Source of the DNA: an uncultured Clostridia bacterium
Lineage (GTDB): Bacteria > Bacillota > Clostridia > Oscillospirales > Ruminococcaceae
DNA: 64,000 nt
Reading direction: 5' to 3'
NCBI GenBank assembly: GCA_947624675.1
Contig: CANQLI010000007.1
Span: 3,090 to 67,089, forward strand
Part shown: piece after piece, positions 20,932 to 29,130 of the stretch
Layout: every line of letters starts with the position of its first letter
Position numbering within the stretch: position 1 is the stretch's first letter
Program-made: the position numbers and the translations under genes
Notes under the pieces: generated by a model
Seen by the model: the letters and a program-made list of their open reading frames with translations, nothing else
What the model was told of the DNA's origin: nothing
The model's database searches: none

Positions 20932-20960
20932 ATTATATACCCCTAGGGGGTATTTGTCAA
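20932..20960 (-). promoter_or_regulatory. csoR-copA promoter
   Basis: On the minus strand, TTGACA (20960-20955), a 17-bp spacer, then TATAAT (20937-20932). Confidence 0.7.
20937..20953. promoter_or_regulatory. CsoR operator (GC-rich pseudo-palindrome) filling the promoter spacer
   Basis: ATACCCCTAGGGGGTAT sits exactly between the -35 and -10 boxes and matches the TACCC-N-GGGGTA style of CsoR boxes. Confidence 0.75.
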
Positions 20961-21051
20961 ATATATGTTTACCTGCGGTAACAAAAACCGTGCTTGCTTA
21001 TCGCACTAAAAGATGGTACAATGTATCTACAAATGCTTTGGGAGAATGAAA

Positions 21052-22395
21052 ATGAGTACATACACTAAAAATATGACCGAGGGAAGCGAGCTATCACACA
21101 TACTTCGCTTTGCGCTTCCGCTACTTATCGGGAATCTTTTTCAACAGGTATATAATATAGTCGACTCTGTGATCGTGGGTAAGTTTTTAGGAAAGGACTC
21201 CCTCGCCGCAGTCGGTGCGACCAGCTCTATAACCTTTTTGTTTTACACGCTTTGTATAGGTCTTTCAATAGGTGCGGGAGTTTTGATTTCTCAAAGCTTC
21301 GGTGCGGGAAAATATAATGAAGTAAAGTCACTTATTTCAAACTCGGCGTATGTTTTGATCTCATTCGGACTTCTGTTAAGCGTTGTTTCGGCGATAAGCG
21401 CAAACGGACTTCTCAGACTTCTCGGAACTCCTTACGGTATAATTTCCGAAGCAACTGGCTATATGCGTATCGCCTGTGCGGGAACGGTAGGAGTTGCTGC
21501 CTACAACTGGATAAACTCGGTAATGCGCTCGCTCGGAGATTCAAAAACTCCTCTTGTATTTTTAATAATCGCAAGTCTTCTAAACGCAGCGTTGGATCTG
21601 TTGTTTGTTGTGGTATTTAAGCTCGGTGTTTCGGGCGCTGCCTATGCGACTATCGCCGCGCAAGCTCTTTCAGCGATAGGGTGTTTTATATTTGCACTTA
21701 TTAAAAACAGCTTCTTTAGGCTTTCAAAAAATGATGTTAAGCCAAACAGTCAACTTATGTTAAAGTGTATTTCGACGGGTATTCCGATTGCTTTGCAAAA
21801 TGCACTCATATCCTTTTCGATGGTGTTTTTACAAAGGGCTGCCAACACCTTCGGAGAAACTGTAATGGCAGCATACACTGTAACGATGCGGATCGAACAG
21901 CTTATCCAACAGCCGTTTCAGTCGCTAAATGCAGCGATATCCACCTTTACGGGTCAGAACACAGGAGCCGACAAGCCCCTAAGAGTCATCAACGGCTACC
22001 GTCAAAGCCTTAAAGCAGCTGCTGTTTTTGCCGTTATGATGCTTATAACATTTATGCTGTTTTCAAAGCTTATAGTTAAACTCTTTGTAGACGATCCAGA
22101 GGTTATAAGGATCGGAGCATTAGCACTGACGGTTTCAGCCTGCTTTTATGTTTTTCTTGGGATAATCCACACAACAAGAGGTCTTTTAAACGGTGCGGGA
22201 GATGTAGGATATGCCCTTGTAAACGGAATTGCCGAATTTATAGGCAGAGTAGGCTTTTCAACAATTCTTTTAAATATTCCTTTTGTCGGAATATGGGCGG
22301 TATGGGGAACGACCTGTTTAACATGGGTACTTACCGCAATAATGAGCGTTGTCCGTTACTTCTCAGGAAAGTGGAAGGAAAAGAGACTTATATAA
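21052..22395 (+). CDS. MATE family efflux transporter
   Basis: 12-TM protein with a MATE N-terminal signature (LPLLIGNLFQQVYNIVDSVIVGKFLG). The ATG at 21052 follows GGGAGA. Confidence 0.88.
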   Translation: MSTYTKNMTEGSELSHILRFALPLLIGNLFQQVYNIVDSVIVGKFLGKDSLAAVGATSSITFLFYTLCIGLSIGAGVLISQSFGAGKYNEVKSLISNSAYVLISFGLLLSVVSAISANGLLRLLGTPYGIISEATGYMRIACAGTVGVAAYNWINSVMRSLGDSKTPLVFLIIASLLNAALDLLFVVVFKLGVSGAAYATIAAQALSAIGCFIFALIKNSFFRLSKNDVKPNSQLMLKCISTGIPIALQNALISFSMVFLQRAANTFGETVMAAYTVTMRIEQLIQQPFQSLNAAISTFTGQNTGADKPLRVINGYRQSLKAAAVFAVMMLITFMLFSKLIVKLFVDDPEVIRIGALALTVSACFYVFLGIIHTTRGLLNGAGDVGYALVNGIAEFIGRVGFSTILLNIPFVGIWAVWGTTCLTWVLTAIMSVVRYFSGKWKEKRLI

Positions 22396-22440
22396 TAAAT
22401 AAAAGGCACTCATTCTGATAAGAATATCATTTACATAAAA

Positions 22441-22476
22441 AACAAGTCCTGAGACTAAACAGTCCCGGGACTTGTT
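22441..22476. terminator. Hairpin between the convergent MATE and AEC genes
   Basis: AACAAGTCC...GGACTTGTT. The loop GAGACTAAACAGTCCC resembles the island palindrome. Confidence 0.5.
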
Positions 22477-22492
22477 CATATATCCTTAAGCT

Positions 22493-23422
22493 CTAAAACA
22501 GACTGTTTACAGCCGTATAAAGACCTATGATCAGCGGAAGAGATATTACAGAAAGTATTGTTGTAACTCCGAATATCTGAGCAGAATATCCTGAGCTTTT
22601 GTTAAAGCGTATAGCAAACATTGTTGCTATCGTTGCTGACGGACAGCTTAAACACATAAGCGCCGTAGTAACCGCTGTGTTATTTATATCCGGCACAAAG
22701 GCAAATAACACCGCCAGAAGTGCCGGAACTATAATGAGCTTTAATGCACATACTATATATATTCTTGCACTTAAAAAAGCTTTTAAAATATTGTTCTGAG
22801 CAATGGTAACTCCCGCTACCACCATAGCAAGAGGGGTTACGACCGATGAAAGATAATTGCAAGGTGTGAATATGATCTCAGGTATCTTTATCCTTAGTGC
22901 AAAAAGCACAAAGCCAAGAATCGTAGCTATTATTGTAGGATTTGTAACTATCTTTTTTACGCTTATGAAGCTTTTATCTTTAGTGACCGAATACACTCCG
23001 AATGTCCAGATTATTATGTTAAACGCCGTATTTACAGCAGTTACATAAAAAACTCCCTCTGTGCCGAAAAGTGCAAGTGCAAGAGGTATGCCCATAAATC
23101 CGCAGTTAGAATAAGTTGCATTGAGCCGCTCAATGACGGCATCGCTGCCTTTTCTTATGAATATGCGTGCAAATAAACCGAATATCCCGAATCCGGCAGC
23201 CGAGAGAACGAAAGTAATTCCAAGACCCTTTAAAAGATAATATGAAAAGTCCTGCTGATACGAAGTTATTATGAGCATTGGATTTGCAACATACAAAATC
23301 AGATTTGTCAAAGACTTGTTTCCCTCTTTTGATATCAGCTTCACCTTATAACAAATAGCGCCTATTCCTACAAGAATAAGCATTATCACTACCTGTTTTA
23401 AAAGTATCAACGATAGCTCCAT
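22493..23422 (-). CDS. AEC (auxin efflux carrier) family transporter
   Basis: Polytopic membrane protein of about 309 aa. The start at 23422 (MELSLILLKQ) follows GGAGAG. Confidence 0.82.
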   Translation of the reverse strand: MELSLILLKQVVIMLILVGIGAICYKVKLISKEGNKSLTNLILYVANPMLIITSYQQDFSYYLLKGLGITFVLSAAGFGIFGLFARIFIRKGSDAVIERLNATYSNCGFMGIPLALALFGTEGVFYVTAVNTAFNIIIWTFGVYSVTKDKSFISVKKIVTNPTIIATILGFVLFALRIKIPEIIFTPCNYLSSVVTPLAMVVAGVTIAQNNILKAFLSARIYIVCALKLIIVPALLAVLFAFVPDINNTAVTTALMCLSCPSATIATMFAIRFNKSSGYSAQIFGVTTILSVISLPLIIGLYTAVNSLF

Positions 23423-23491
23423 AACCGCTCTCTCCAAAACTGTTTTTAATAAAATACAAGGCGACAAAACTGCCGCCTCGTCTGTCTTTTT

Positions 23492-24079
23492 TTAATTTTC
23501 AACTGTGACCTGCTTACCTTTTCCGATAGAAATTATCTTTACGATAACCGAGCTTAAAACAATGTTCACAGCCATTTCTATAAGGAAGTTGACTCCTACC
23601 AAACCGAGGATCATATAAGCGCCTGCGTTTGCATAACCTGCTGCTTGTGACCATGCGTTTATCGTATCCATAAAGAAAATCATACATCCAAGAAGAAAAA
23701 CTCCGGTATTTACTATCGGACAAACGATTGCCGACACAAAAACCGCCAATATACGATTTTTCTTTTCAATAGCCGAATAAACCAGCCCTGAAACAAGTCC
23801 TGCAAGCGCTCCTTTTAAAATACATGTAACTACCGTTCCCGGAACATTTACAGCCAGAAAAGCCGAAGCGTCTGTAATAAGTACCACCACACCGAATACA
23901 AAACCGAGCCAAGCTCCTGCTTTATATCCGTACATAGCCGCACCGACTACAATCGGAACAAGCACCAGCGAGATGTTGAAAACTCCCGACGGTCTGATGA
24001 CTACCGCAAGCACCTGTAACACGACTACAATAGCCGTAAACAGACCGAGTCCTACGATTTTTTTTGTTGTGTTTGACAT
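23492..24079 (-). CDS. ECF transporter S component (substrate probably pantothenate, inferred from coaX adjacency)
   Basis: 195 aa, 6-TM small hydrophobic protein typical of ECF S components, immediately downstream of coaX. Confidence 0.7.
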   Translation of the reverse strand: MSNTTKKIVGLGLFTAIVVVLQVLAVVIRPSGVFNISLVLVPIVVGAAMYGYKAGAWLGFVFGVVVLITDASAFLAVNVPGTVVTCILKGALAGLVSGLVYSAIEKKNRILAVFVSAIVCPIVNTGVFLLGCMIFFMDTINAWSQAAGYANAGAYMILGLVGVNFLIEMAVNIVLSSVIVKIISIGKGKQVTVEN

Positions 24080-24179
24080 AAAAATTACTCCTTACTGCCG
24101 TTTGAGCTAAACTCAATACAGCGCAAATTTTTAGCAGCATAATGTTTATGCAACACTATTCAGTTTTAAAGCACAAGCA

Positions 24180-24950
24180 CTATTTATTTTTGAAATAAAT
24201 TGCTAACGCTCCTTCAGATACCAGATCCCTTTCTATGATAACATTCTCTTCACAGTGCTTTACAACCGTTTCCGCGAGACCTCCCGTCGCTATAACCGCT
24301 GTGTCATTCCCCAACACTCTCTTAAAGCGTTTTATCATTCCCTCGATCATAGAAGCGTTTCCGAGAATGATACCCGTTTTCATACAATCTATCGTATTAG
24401 TTCCGATGACCATATCACTTTTAAGCTCCGTGTTGATATGAGGAAGCTGCGCTGCTCGGCTTGACAAAGCATCCAGAGAAATTTTTATGCCGGGCATAAT
24501 AGCTCCGCCTATAAACGCTCCGGATTTGTCGATCGCCGTTATGGTAGTCGCAGTTCCAAGGTCAAATATTATCATCGGCGGTTTGTACTTTTCAAGCGCT
24601 CCTACCGCCGCACAGACAAGGTCGGCTCCCGCTATCGAGGTGTCGTCTATTTTTATGTTAAGACCTGTTTTTATTCCGGGTCCAACCACTAAAGGACTTA
24701 TCCCCGTGAGCTTTTTTATAGCTTCCTTGCACGCTGTCACAAGAGGAGGAACAACACTTGATATTATAGCTCCGTCCACGACCTTAAGAGCAACTCCGTT
24801 TATATCCGCTGCCGACTTAAAGAGTATAGCCGTCTGGTCATCTGTCATAGTAGAATCTGTCGCAAAACGAGATGAAAATACCGGCTTTTTATCTTTTGTG
24901 TACACGGACAAAACAGTATTGGTGTTACCGATGTCGACTGTTAGTATCAT
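24180..24950 (-). CDS. coaX: Type III pantothenate kinase CoaX
   Basis: 256 aa. MILTVDIGNTNT phosphate-1 motif, ASKHA-fold layout, and the GTATT and GGLA motifs. Confidence 0.92.
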   Translation of the reverse strand: MILTVDIGNTNTVLSVYTKDKKPVFSSRFATDSTMTDDQTAILFKSAADINGVALKVVDGAIISSVVPPLVTACKEAIKKLTGISPLVVGPGIKTGLNIKIDDTSIAGADLVCAAVGALEKYKPPMIIFDLGTATTITAIDKSGAFIGGAIMPGIKISLDALSSRAAQLPHINTELKSDMVIGTNTIDCMKTGIILGNASMIEGMIKRFKRVLGNDTAVIATGGLAETVVKHCEENVIIERDLVSEGALAIYFKNK

Positions 24951-25105
24951 AATGACCCCTCCTCAAATGAAGTACATTTGCTGCTAAAAGAGATTATACT
25001 ACTTTTTAATAAAAAAAGCAAGTGTCTATCCAAATTATTCTTTTTGTACAGAATTTTTCCCTAAATAGGTCAAAGATTCACCGTTTTGTTATCTCATTCG
25101 ATATG

Positions 25106-25127
25106 ATTGTAACAATTTTGTTACAAT
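25106..25127. promoter_or_regulatory. Inverted repeat with perfect 10-bp arms, candidate operator
   Basis: ATTGTAACAA-tt-TTGTTACAAT, 18 bp upstream of the -35 box at 25145. A third GTAACA copy follows at 25130. Confidence 0.45.
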
Positions 25128-25144
25128 TCGTAACAGCTTTGTTG

Positions 25145-25173
25145 TTGAAAATTGTGTTTAAAAACCTTATAAT
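25145..25173 (+). promoter_or_regulatory. Consensus-like SigA promoter with no downstream plus-strand CDS
   Basis: TTGAAA (25145-25150), 17-bp spacer, TATAAT (25168-25173). Confidence 0.55.
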
Positions 25174-25179
25174 TTAATT

Positions 25180-25315
25180 ACAGTAATTCTTTGAACGGTA
25201 GTTTTAAGAATGATTGCGAATTGAATTGAATACCCAAGTGTATTCAGCTCATTTCATCCTCTCCAAAATTTTTACATTGATTTAATTTCGAGCAGCATTC
25301 AGCTGCTCTTTTTTT
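25180..25315 (+). ncRNA. Candidate small RNA of about 135 nt
   Basis: Bounded by the promoter above and an intrinsic terminator (25290-25315). Internal hairpin at 25226-25247, single-stranded CU-rich box UCCUCUCC (25257-25264), and no ORF longer than 5 codons. Confidence 0.35.
25290..25315 (+). terminator. Intrinsic terminator, plus strand only
   Basis: GAGCAGC-attca-GCTGCTC followed by seven T residues. Confidence 0.75.
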
Positions 25316-25325
25316 ACATAAAAAT

Positions 25326-25351
25326 AAAAGCTGCTAAATGATACAGCTTTT
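25326..25351 (-). terminator. Terminator of the XRE gene
   Basis: On the minus strand, AAAAGCTG-loop-CAGCTTTT then ATTTT, 9 nt after the stop codon. Confidence 0.6.
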
Positions 25352-25359
25352 ACAGTTTT

Positions 25360-25680
25360 TTACTGAAGATCGATCAATGTCCTTATCCTTTCGATGATCC
25401 TAAGCTTATTTTCATCGTCAAGCTGACCGTAAAGCATTTTAAGAAGCTTAAGATCATCAGTTTTTTCGAAAACGAAATCCCGTCCCAAAATATAATCGAC
25501 GCTTACATTACAAGCATTTGCAAGGTCTATAATATAATTTATAGGTGCTTTTATTTCTCCGCTTTCATATCTGCTTATCTCTTGTTGAGTTATGCCAATT
25601 TGCTTTGCCAGCTCTGCCTGAGTCATTTTATTTTTTCTTACACTTACAAGATTTGGATAAAGGTATAAGTTATTACGCAC
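25360..25680 (-). CDS. XRE-family helix-turn-helix transcriptional regulator
   Basis: 106 aa. HTH_3 core MTQAELAKQIGITQQEISRYESGE. GTG start after GGGGGAG. Confidence 0.85.
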   Translation of the reverse strand: MRNNLYLYPNLVSVRKNKMTQAELAKQIGITQQEISRYESGEIKAPINYIIDLANACNVSVDYILGRDFVFEKTDDLKLLKMLYGQLDDENKLRIIERIRTLIDLQ

Positions 25681-26022
25681 GATACTCCCCCGGTTATTTA
25701 TCTTTCTACTTTAATTATACAGCATATCTGTAGTATCATCAAACAACTTATTTGTCAATATATAATACTTATTACATCATATTTTATGTATTACTATGAT
25801 TACTATTAAAACAATTATTATTCATATGTTAAATAATCAAATATTTTAATAGTTTTTTGTTTTTGCAAACAATTACATTATTTTTCAAAATATAGGCAAT
25901 AAATATATTTTACTAAAAATTTGATAAATAAAATCTCAAAATCATCTTGACAAAAAGAAAAAAAGGTGATATATTGACTTGTATAACATCATTTGTGTTG
26001 TACGATATGGAGGGAATCTACT

Positions 26023-26466
26023 ATGATAAACAGTAAGTTACTTGAAATATACTTACCTGATACTGTATTTGAAAATAAAGATGGAAGATTAAGCATCGAC
26101 TCCGTTAAAAATATTGTACTAAAGAGGGCTGAAACAAATGGTCTGTCATTATCAGCCAGAACGGATACTTTAAAGTCTCGTGGCTTTATTTTATCACACA
26201 GCGATCCCTGTGTGATATTTTTTCAGAAAAACCGCTATGAATCAAGCATTAAAATGATAATAAAGGTTTCTATAAATGGTGAAACAGCTACTGTTTCGGC
26301 AGGAGTAGTTGGTGAAAATATGTCTATTGTAAATAGGCTGAGGCACAAAATTTTTAGAAACTCATACATAAAAGAAAACTATTTTAAGGAAGCTATAAAT
26401 GAAAAATACACTGACTTTTTTGATGAAACCGTAAATGACCTGTTTAGTGTAAAGCCCGTGGTCTGA
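26023..26466 (+). CDS. Hypothetical protein (147 aa)
   Basis: The ATG at 26023 lies 8 nt after GGAGGG, with a TTGACA-17-TATATT promoter upstream. I recognise no motifs. Confidence 0.6.
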   Translation: MINSKLLEIYLPDTVFENKDGRLSIDSVKNIVLKRAETNGLSLSARTDTLKSRGFILSHSDPCVIFFQKNRYESSIKMIIKVSINGETATVSAGVVGENMSIVNRLRHKIFRNSYIKENYFKEAINEKYTDFFDETVNDLFSVKPVV

Positions 26467-26500
26467 CTGCGGATATTGTGCTGAATATATAGTTAAATTA

Positions 26501-26540
26501 AAAAGCCCTTAGGCGATTATAAATTCGTCCAAGGGCTTTT
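26501..26540. terminator. Bidirectional terminator
   Basis: AAAAGCCCTT-loop-AAGGGCTTTT. Confidence 0.7.
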
Positions 26541-26637
26541 ACTGTTATTTAAATATGAGTGCTTGCTCATCGCCGATTTCATCTTGTGATTTTTCCTCAA
26601 AACCTCTTTGATGATTTATGTATTTAGGCGGATATTT

Positions 26638-26785
26638 TATGAACAAATTATGAATATTGTAAACATTTTGTTACAAAACATAAGTTATTTTATGAAGAAT
26701 GTACGTTTGCGTACATTTTTTCGAGATTTTGCGCTATTAGTGAGGGGGTAAAAAATTTAAAGCTAAATCCGCTGATGAATATAAC
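26638..26785 (-). repeat. Dispersed intergenic repeat, copy B (inverted)
   Basis: The reverse complement aligns with copies A and C at both ends. Hairpin GAAGAATGTACG-TTTG-CGTACATTTTTTC at 26694-26722. Confidence 0.75.
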
Positions 26786-26792
26786 GCTAAAT

Positions 26793-28055
26793 TTACAGCT
26801 GACTGTTTATGTCCTCAGCGTATGTATCAAAACCTCCTCTTGTATAAAAAAGCTCTCTTATGGCGAGTGCACATCCTGAAAGGAATCTGTGTTTTTCCTC
26901 AATTATGCTTAAGGATATTTTTTTAGTTACTTGTTCTCCCGCAATTTTCAACAATGACTTTCTTAGACCTTCATACAATCTGGCAGTGATGTCAAAGCAT
27001 TGGATAACAATTTTCTGAGGATTAGTAGCATAATACAGGTTATTCAGGAGAACCGCATACAGATCGCATATCTCGTCAAAGACCTGAGCGAACTCTTCAC
27101 TATCGCCCTCCATATTTGCACGCTTTATCGCCTCTATGCCGATATTATCGGGATTTCCGCCTGTAATTCGGTATAAGGTAGGGGTTTTTTCCTCGGAATA
27201 TATGTCACGAATTTTTTTGATTATAGCCGGAATTGAGATCTCGTTTCTTACACAGCCTTTCTTGCCGCACTTAGGACAAATCTCAGTCGCATTTGTTTTA
27301 ACTATCATTCTGTCTACAAAGTCTGTCCTGTTATCATACGAATAAACAGGATCACTCAGATTAGTTACAACAAAATGAAGACTTTTTCCGACCTGTAAAA
27401 ATGCGATATTCTGACGGTTCTCGTCCTTATCCGGCTGAAAATCGATATTTGCCATCGCCGTACCTTTTACAGAGTTATCAAATATAAGCGGCACAGGAAA
27501 TTGTGAATAAATATCGTTTGCAAGCTTTATAAAGTTAGGCTCTCCGTTTTCAATCGTCACTCTTAATCTCTGATACATCGACGGAAAAATTCCGAATCCT
27601 ATTCCGAGAATATCCTTAGTGGTTAGACAATTATCCACAAGAATACCCTTAAGAGATGTTTTTATAAAGTCTGTTATCTCGAGATATTCAGTTTTTTTGT
27701 AAATAGTTTTGTTCCGCTTATCAAGCACAGCACCCACAAGTGTAGACAGACCAACGCTTACAATGTTTTCCTCAATACAAACGCCAAGAACAAATTTGTA
27801 GTTCTGGTTTATGTCTATAAGTATCTTTTTTCTTCCTCTTGGCGCCTTTTCATCAGTATGCTTAAACTCTCCGATCTCAACGATTATTCCCTGCTCCATC
27901 ATCTCATTTGTGATAATAGTTACCGCCGCTCTGGTAAGTTTTAGCATATTAGCGATGTCGATCCTTGAAGTAGGACCGCGCCTTTTTAAAATTTTCAAGA
28001 CCTGCATCCTATTTTGCCTTTTAAGGTCAAGCTTGCTGATACCGTGCTGTTGCAT
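26793..28055 (-). CDS. ROK-family transcriptional regulator
   Basis: 420 aa. N-terminal winged HTH (LKILKRRGPTSRIDIANMLKLTRAAVT), a ROK sugar-kinase-like body with zinc motif CPKCGKKGC, and no DxGxT ATP motif. Confidence 0.85.
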   Translation of the reverse strand: MQQHGISKLDLKRQNRMQVLKILKRRGPTSRIDIANMLKLTRAAVTIITNEMMEQGIIVEIGEFKHTDEKAPRGRKKILIDINQNYKFVLGVCIEENIVSVGLSTLVGAVLDKRNKTIYKKTEYLEITDFIKTSLKGILVDNCLTTKDILGIGFGIFPSMYQRLRVTIENGEPNFIKLANDIYSQFPVPLIFDNSVKGTAMANIDFQPDKDENRQNIAFLQVGKSLHFVVTNLSDPVYSYDNRTDFVDRMIVKTNATEICPKCGKKGCVRNEISIPAIIKKIRDIYSEEKTPTLYRITGGNPDNIGIEAIKRANMEGDSEEFAQVFDEICDLYAVLLNNLYYATNPQKIVIQCFDITARLYEGLRKSLLKIAGEQVTKKISLSIIEEKHRFLSGCALAIRELFYTRGGFDTYAEDINSQL

Positions 28056-28261
28056 AGAATACGCCCCCTAGATGTTTTATGTCTTCAGATCTATACTCTA
28101 TTTAATAAGAATCTGCTCTAACATTTTTCTTTAAAACAGATTCAATTTGAATAATTACAGCGTCTGTTAAGGTAATAATTTTATTAAATTATAACAAATA
28201 ATTATGAATAAACTTTTAAAAAAATTATAAGATTAAATTAAATTACAGTGGTAAACTGCGG

Positions 28262-29110
28262 TCAAACTTCACTGTTTATATCATTTGAATACTCTTTAAG
28301 TTCTCTGCCCTCTTTTAAAAGCTTACAAAGCTCTTTCGCATTTCCCGAGTCTATGGCATTTCTATATTCGGTAAGGTGCTTTATTATAAGGTCTATTTCG
28401 TTTGTGAGAAAATTTCTGTTCATCAAAAACAGGGTTGTCCACATATGTTCGTTCAGTTTTGCGACCCTCGTAAGGTCTTTAAAGCTTCCGGCAGAAAATC
28501 CAAACTGCTTTTTAAGACCGGGACTTTTCACATATGCGGAAGAAACAATATGTGCGAGCTGAGATGTAAACGCAATCACCTCATCGTGTTCCGCCGGTGT
28601 TGCTCTTGTACATCTTAAAAATCCTATCTCTTTTGCAAAATCAGTCACAAAGCTTATTACACTTTCAGGAGTATTCTCCGTAGGCGTATATATAAAGCTT
28701 GCCTTATCAAAAAGATTGTCAAGTGAATAGTCAAATCCGGAATACTCTCTTCCTGCCATAGGATGGCAGCCCAGATACTCAACACCGTTGTCATTTAAGA
28801 CTTTTTCACAGGCTGAAACGACCGTCTGTTTCACTCCGCAGGTGTCAATAACTATCGCACCCTTCATAAAATCCTTTGCGTGCTTGTTCACAAAATCAAT
28901 AGTCACATCAGGGTAAAGACCAAGTATCACAAGGTCAAAGGTATCAAGCTCACTCAATTCAAACCCGCCGTCGATAGCCTCCTGTTGCAGTGCTGAGGAT
29001 ATTGCGGATTTTTCAATATCATAAGCGTATACCGGATGATCGGTGTTCTTTTTTATCGCCTTTGCCATTGATCCGCCTATAAGTCCAAGACCGATTATAG
29101 CTATTTTCAT
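28262..29110 (-). CDS. tyrA: Prephenate/arogenate dehydrogenase
   Basis: 282 aa. Rossmann motif IIGLGLIGGS, the HPMAG motif and a C-terminal dimerisation domain. Confidence 0.88.
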   Translation of the reverse strand: MKIAIIGLGLIGGSMAKAIKKNTDHPVYAYDIEKSAISSALQQEAIDGGFELSELDTFDLVILGLYPDVTIDFVNKHAKDFMKGAIVIDTCGVKQTVVSACEKVLNDNGVEYLGCHPMAGREYSGFDYSLDNLFDKASFIYTPTENTPESVISFVTDFAKEIGFLRCTRATPAEHDEVIAFTSQLAHIVSSAYVKSPGLKKQFGFSAGSFKDLTRVAKLNEHMWTTLFLMNRNFLTNEIDLIIKHLTEYRNAIDSGNAKELCKLLKEGRELKEYSNDINSEV

Positions 29111-29130
29111 TTAACTTACCCTCCGTTAGT

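Noticed and set aside
26658-26674. WalR-type direct repeat (TGTWAH-N5-TGTWAH) matches in repeat copy B and in the 25106-25127 palindrome.
   Set aside because: The consensus carries very little information in AT-rich intergenic DNA, and copies A and C miss it by one base. It is too weak to call a WalR regulon site.
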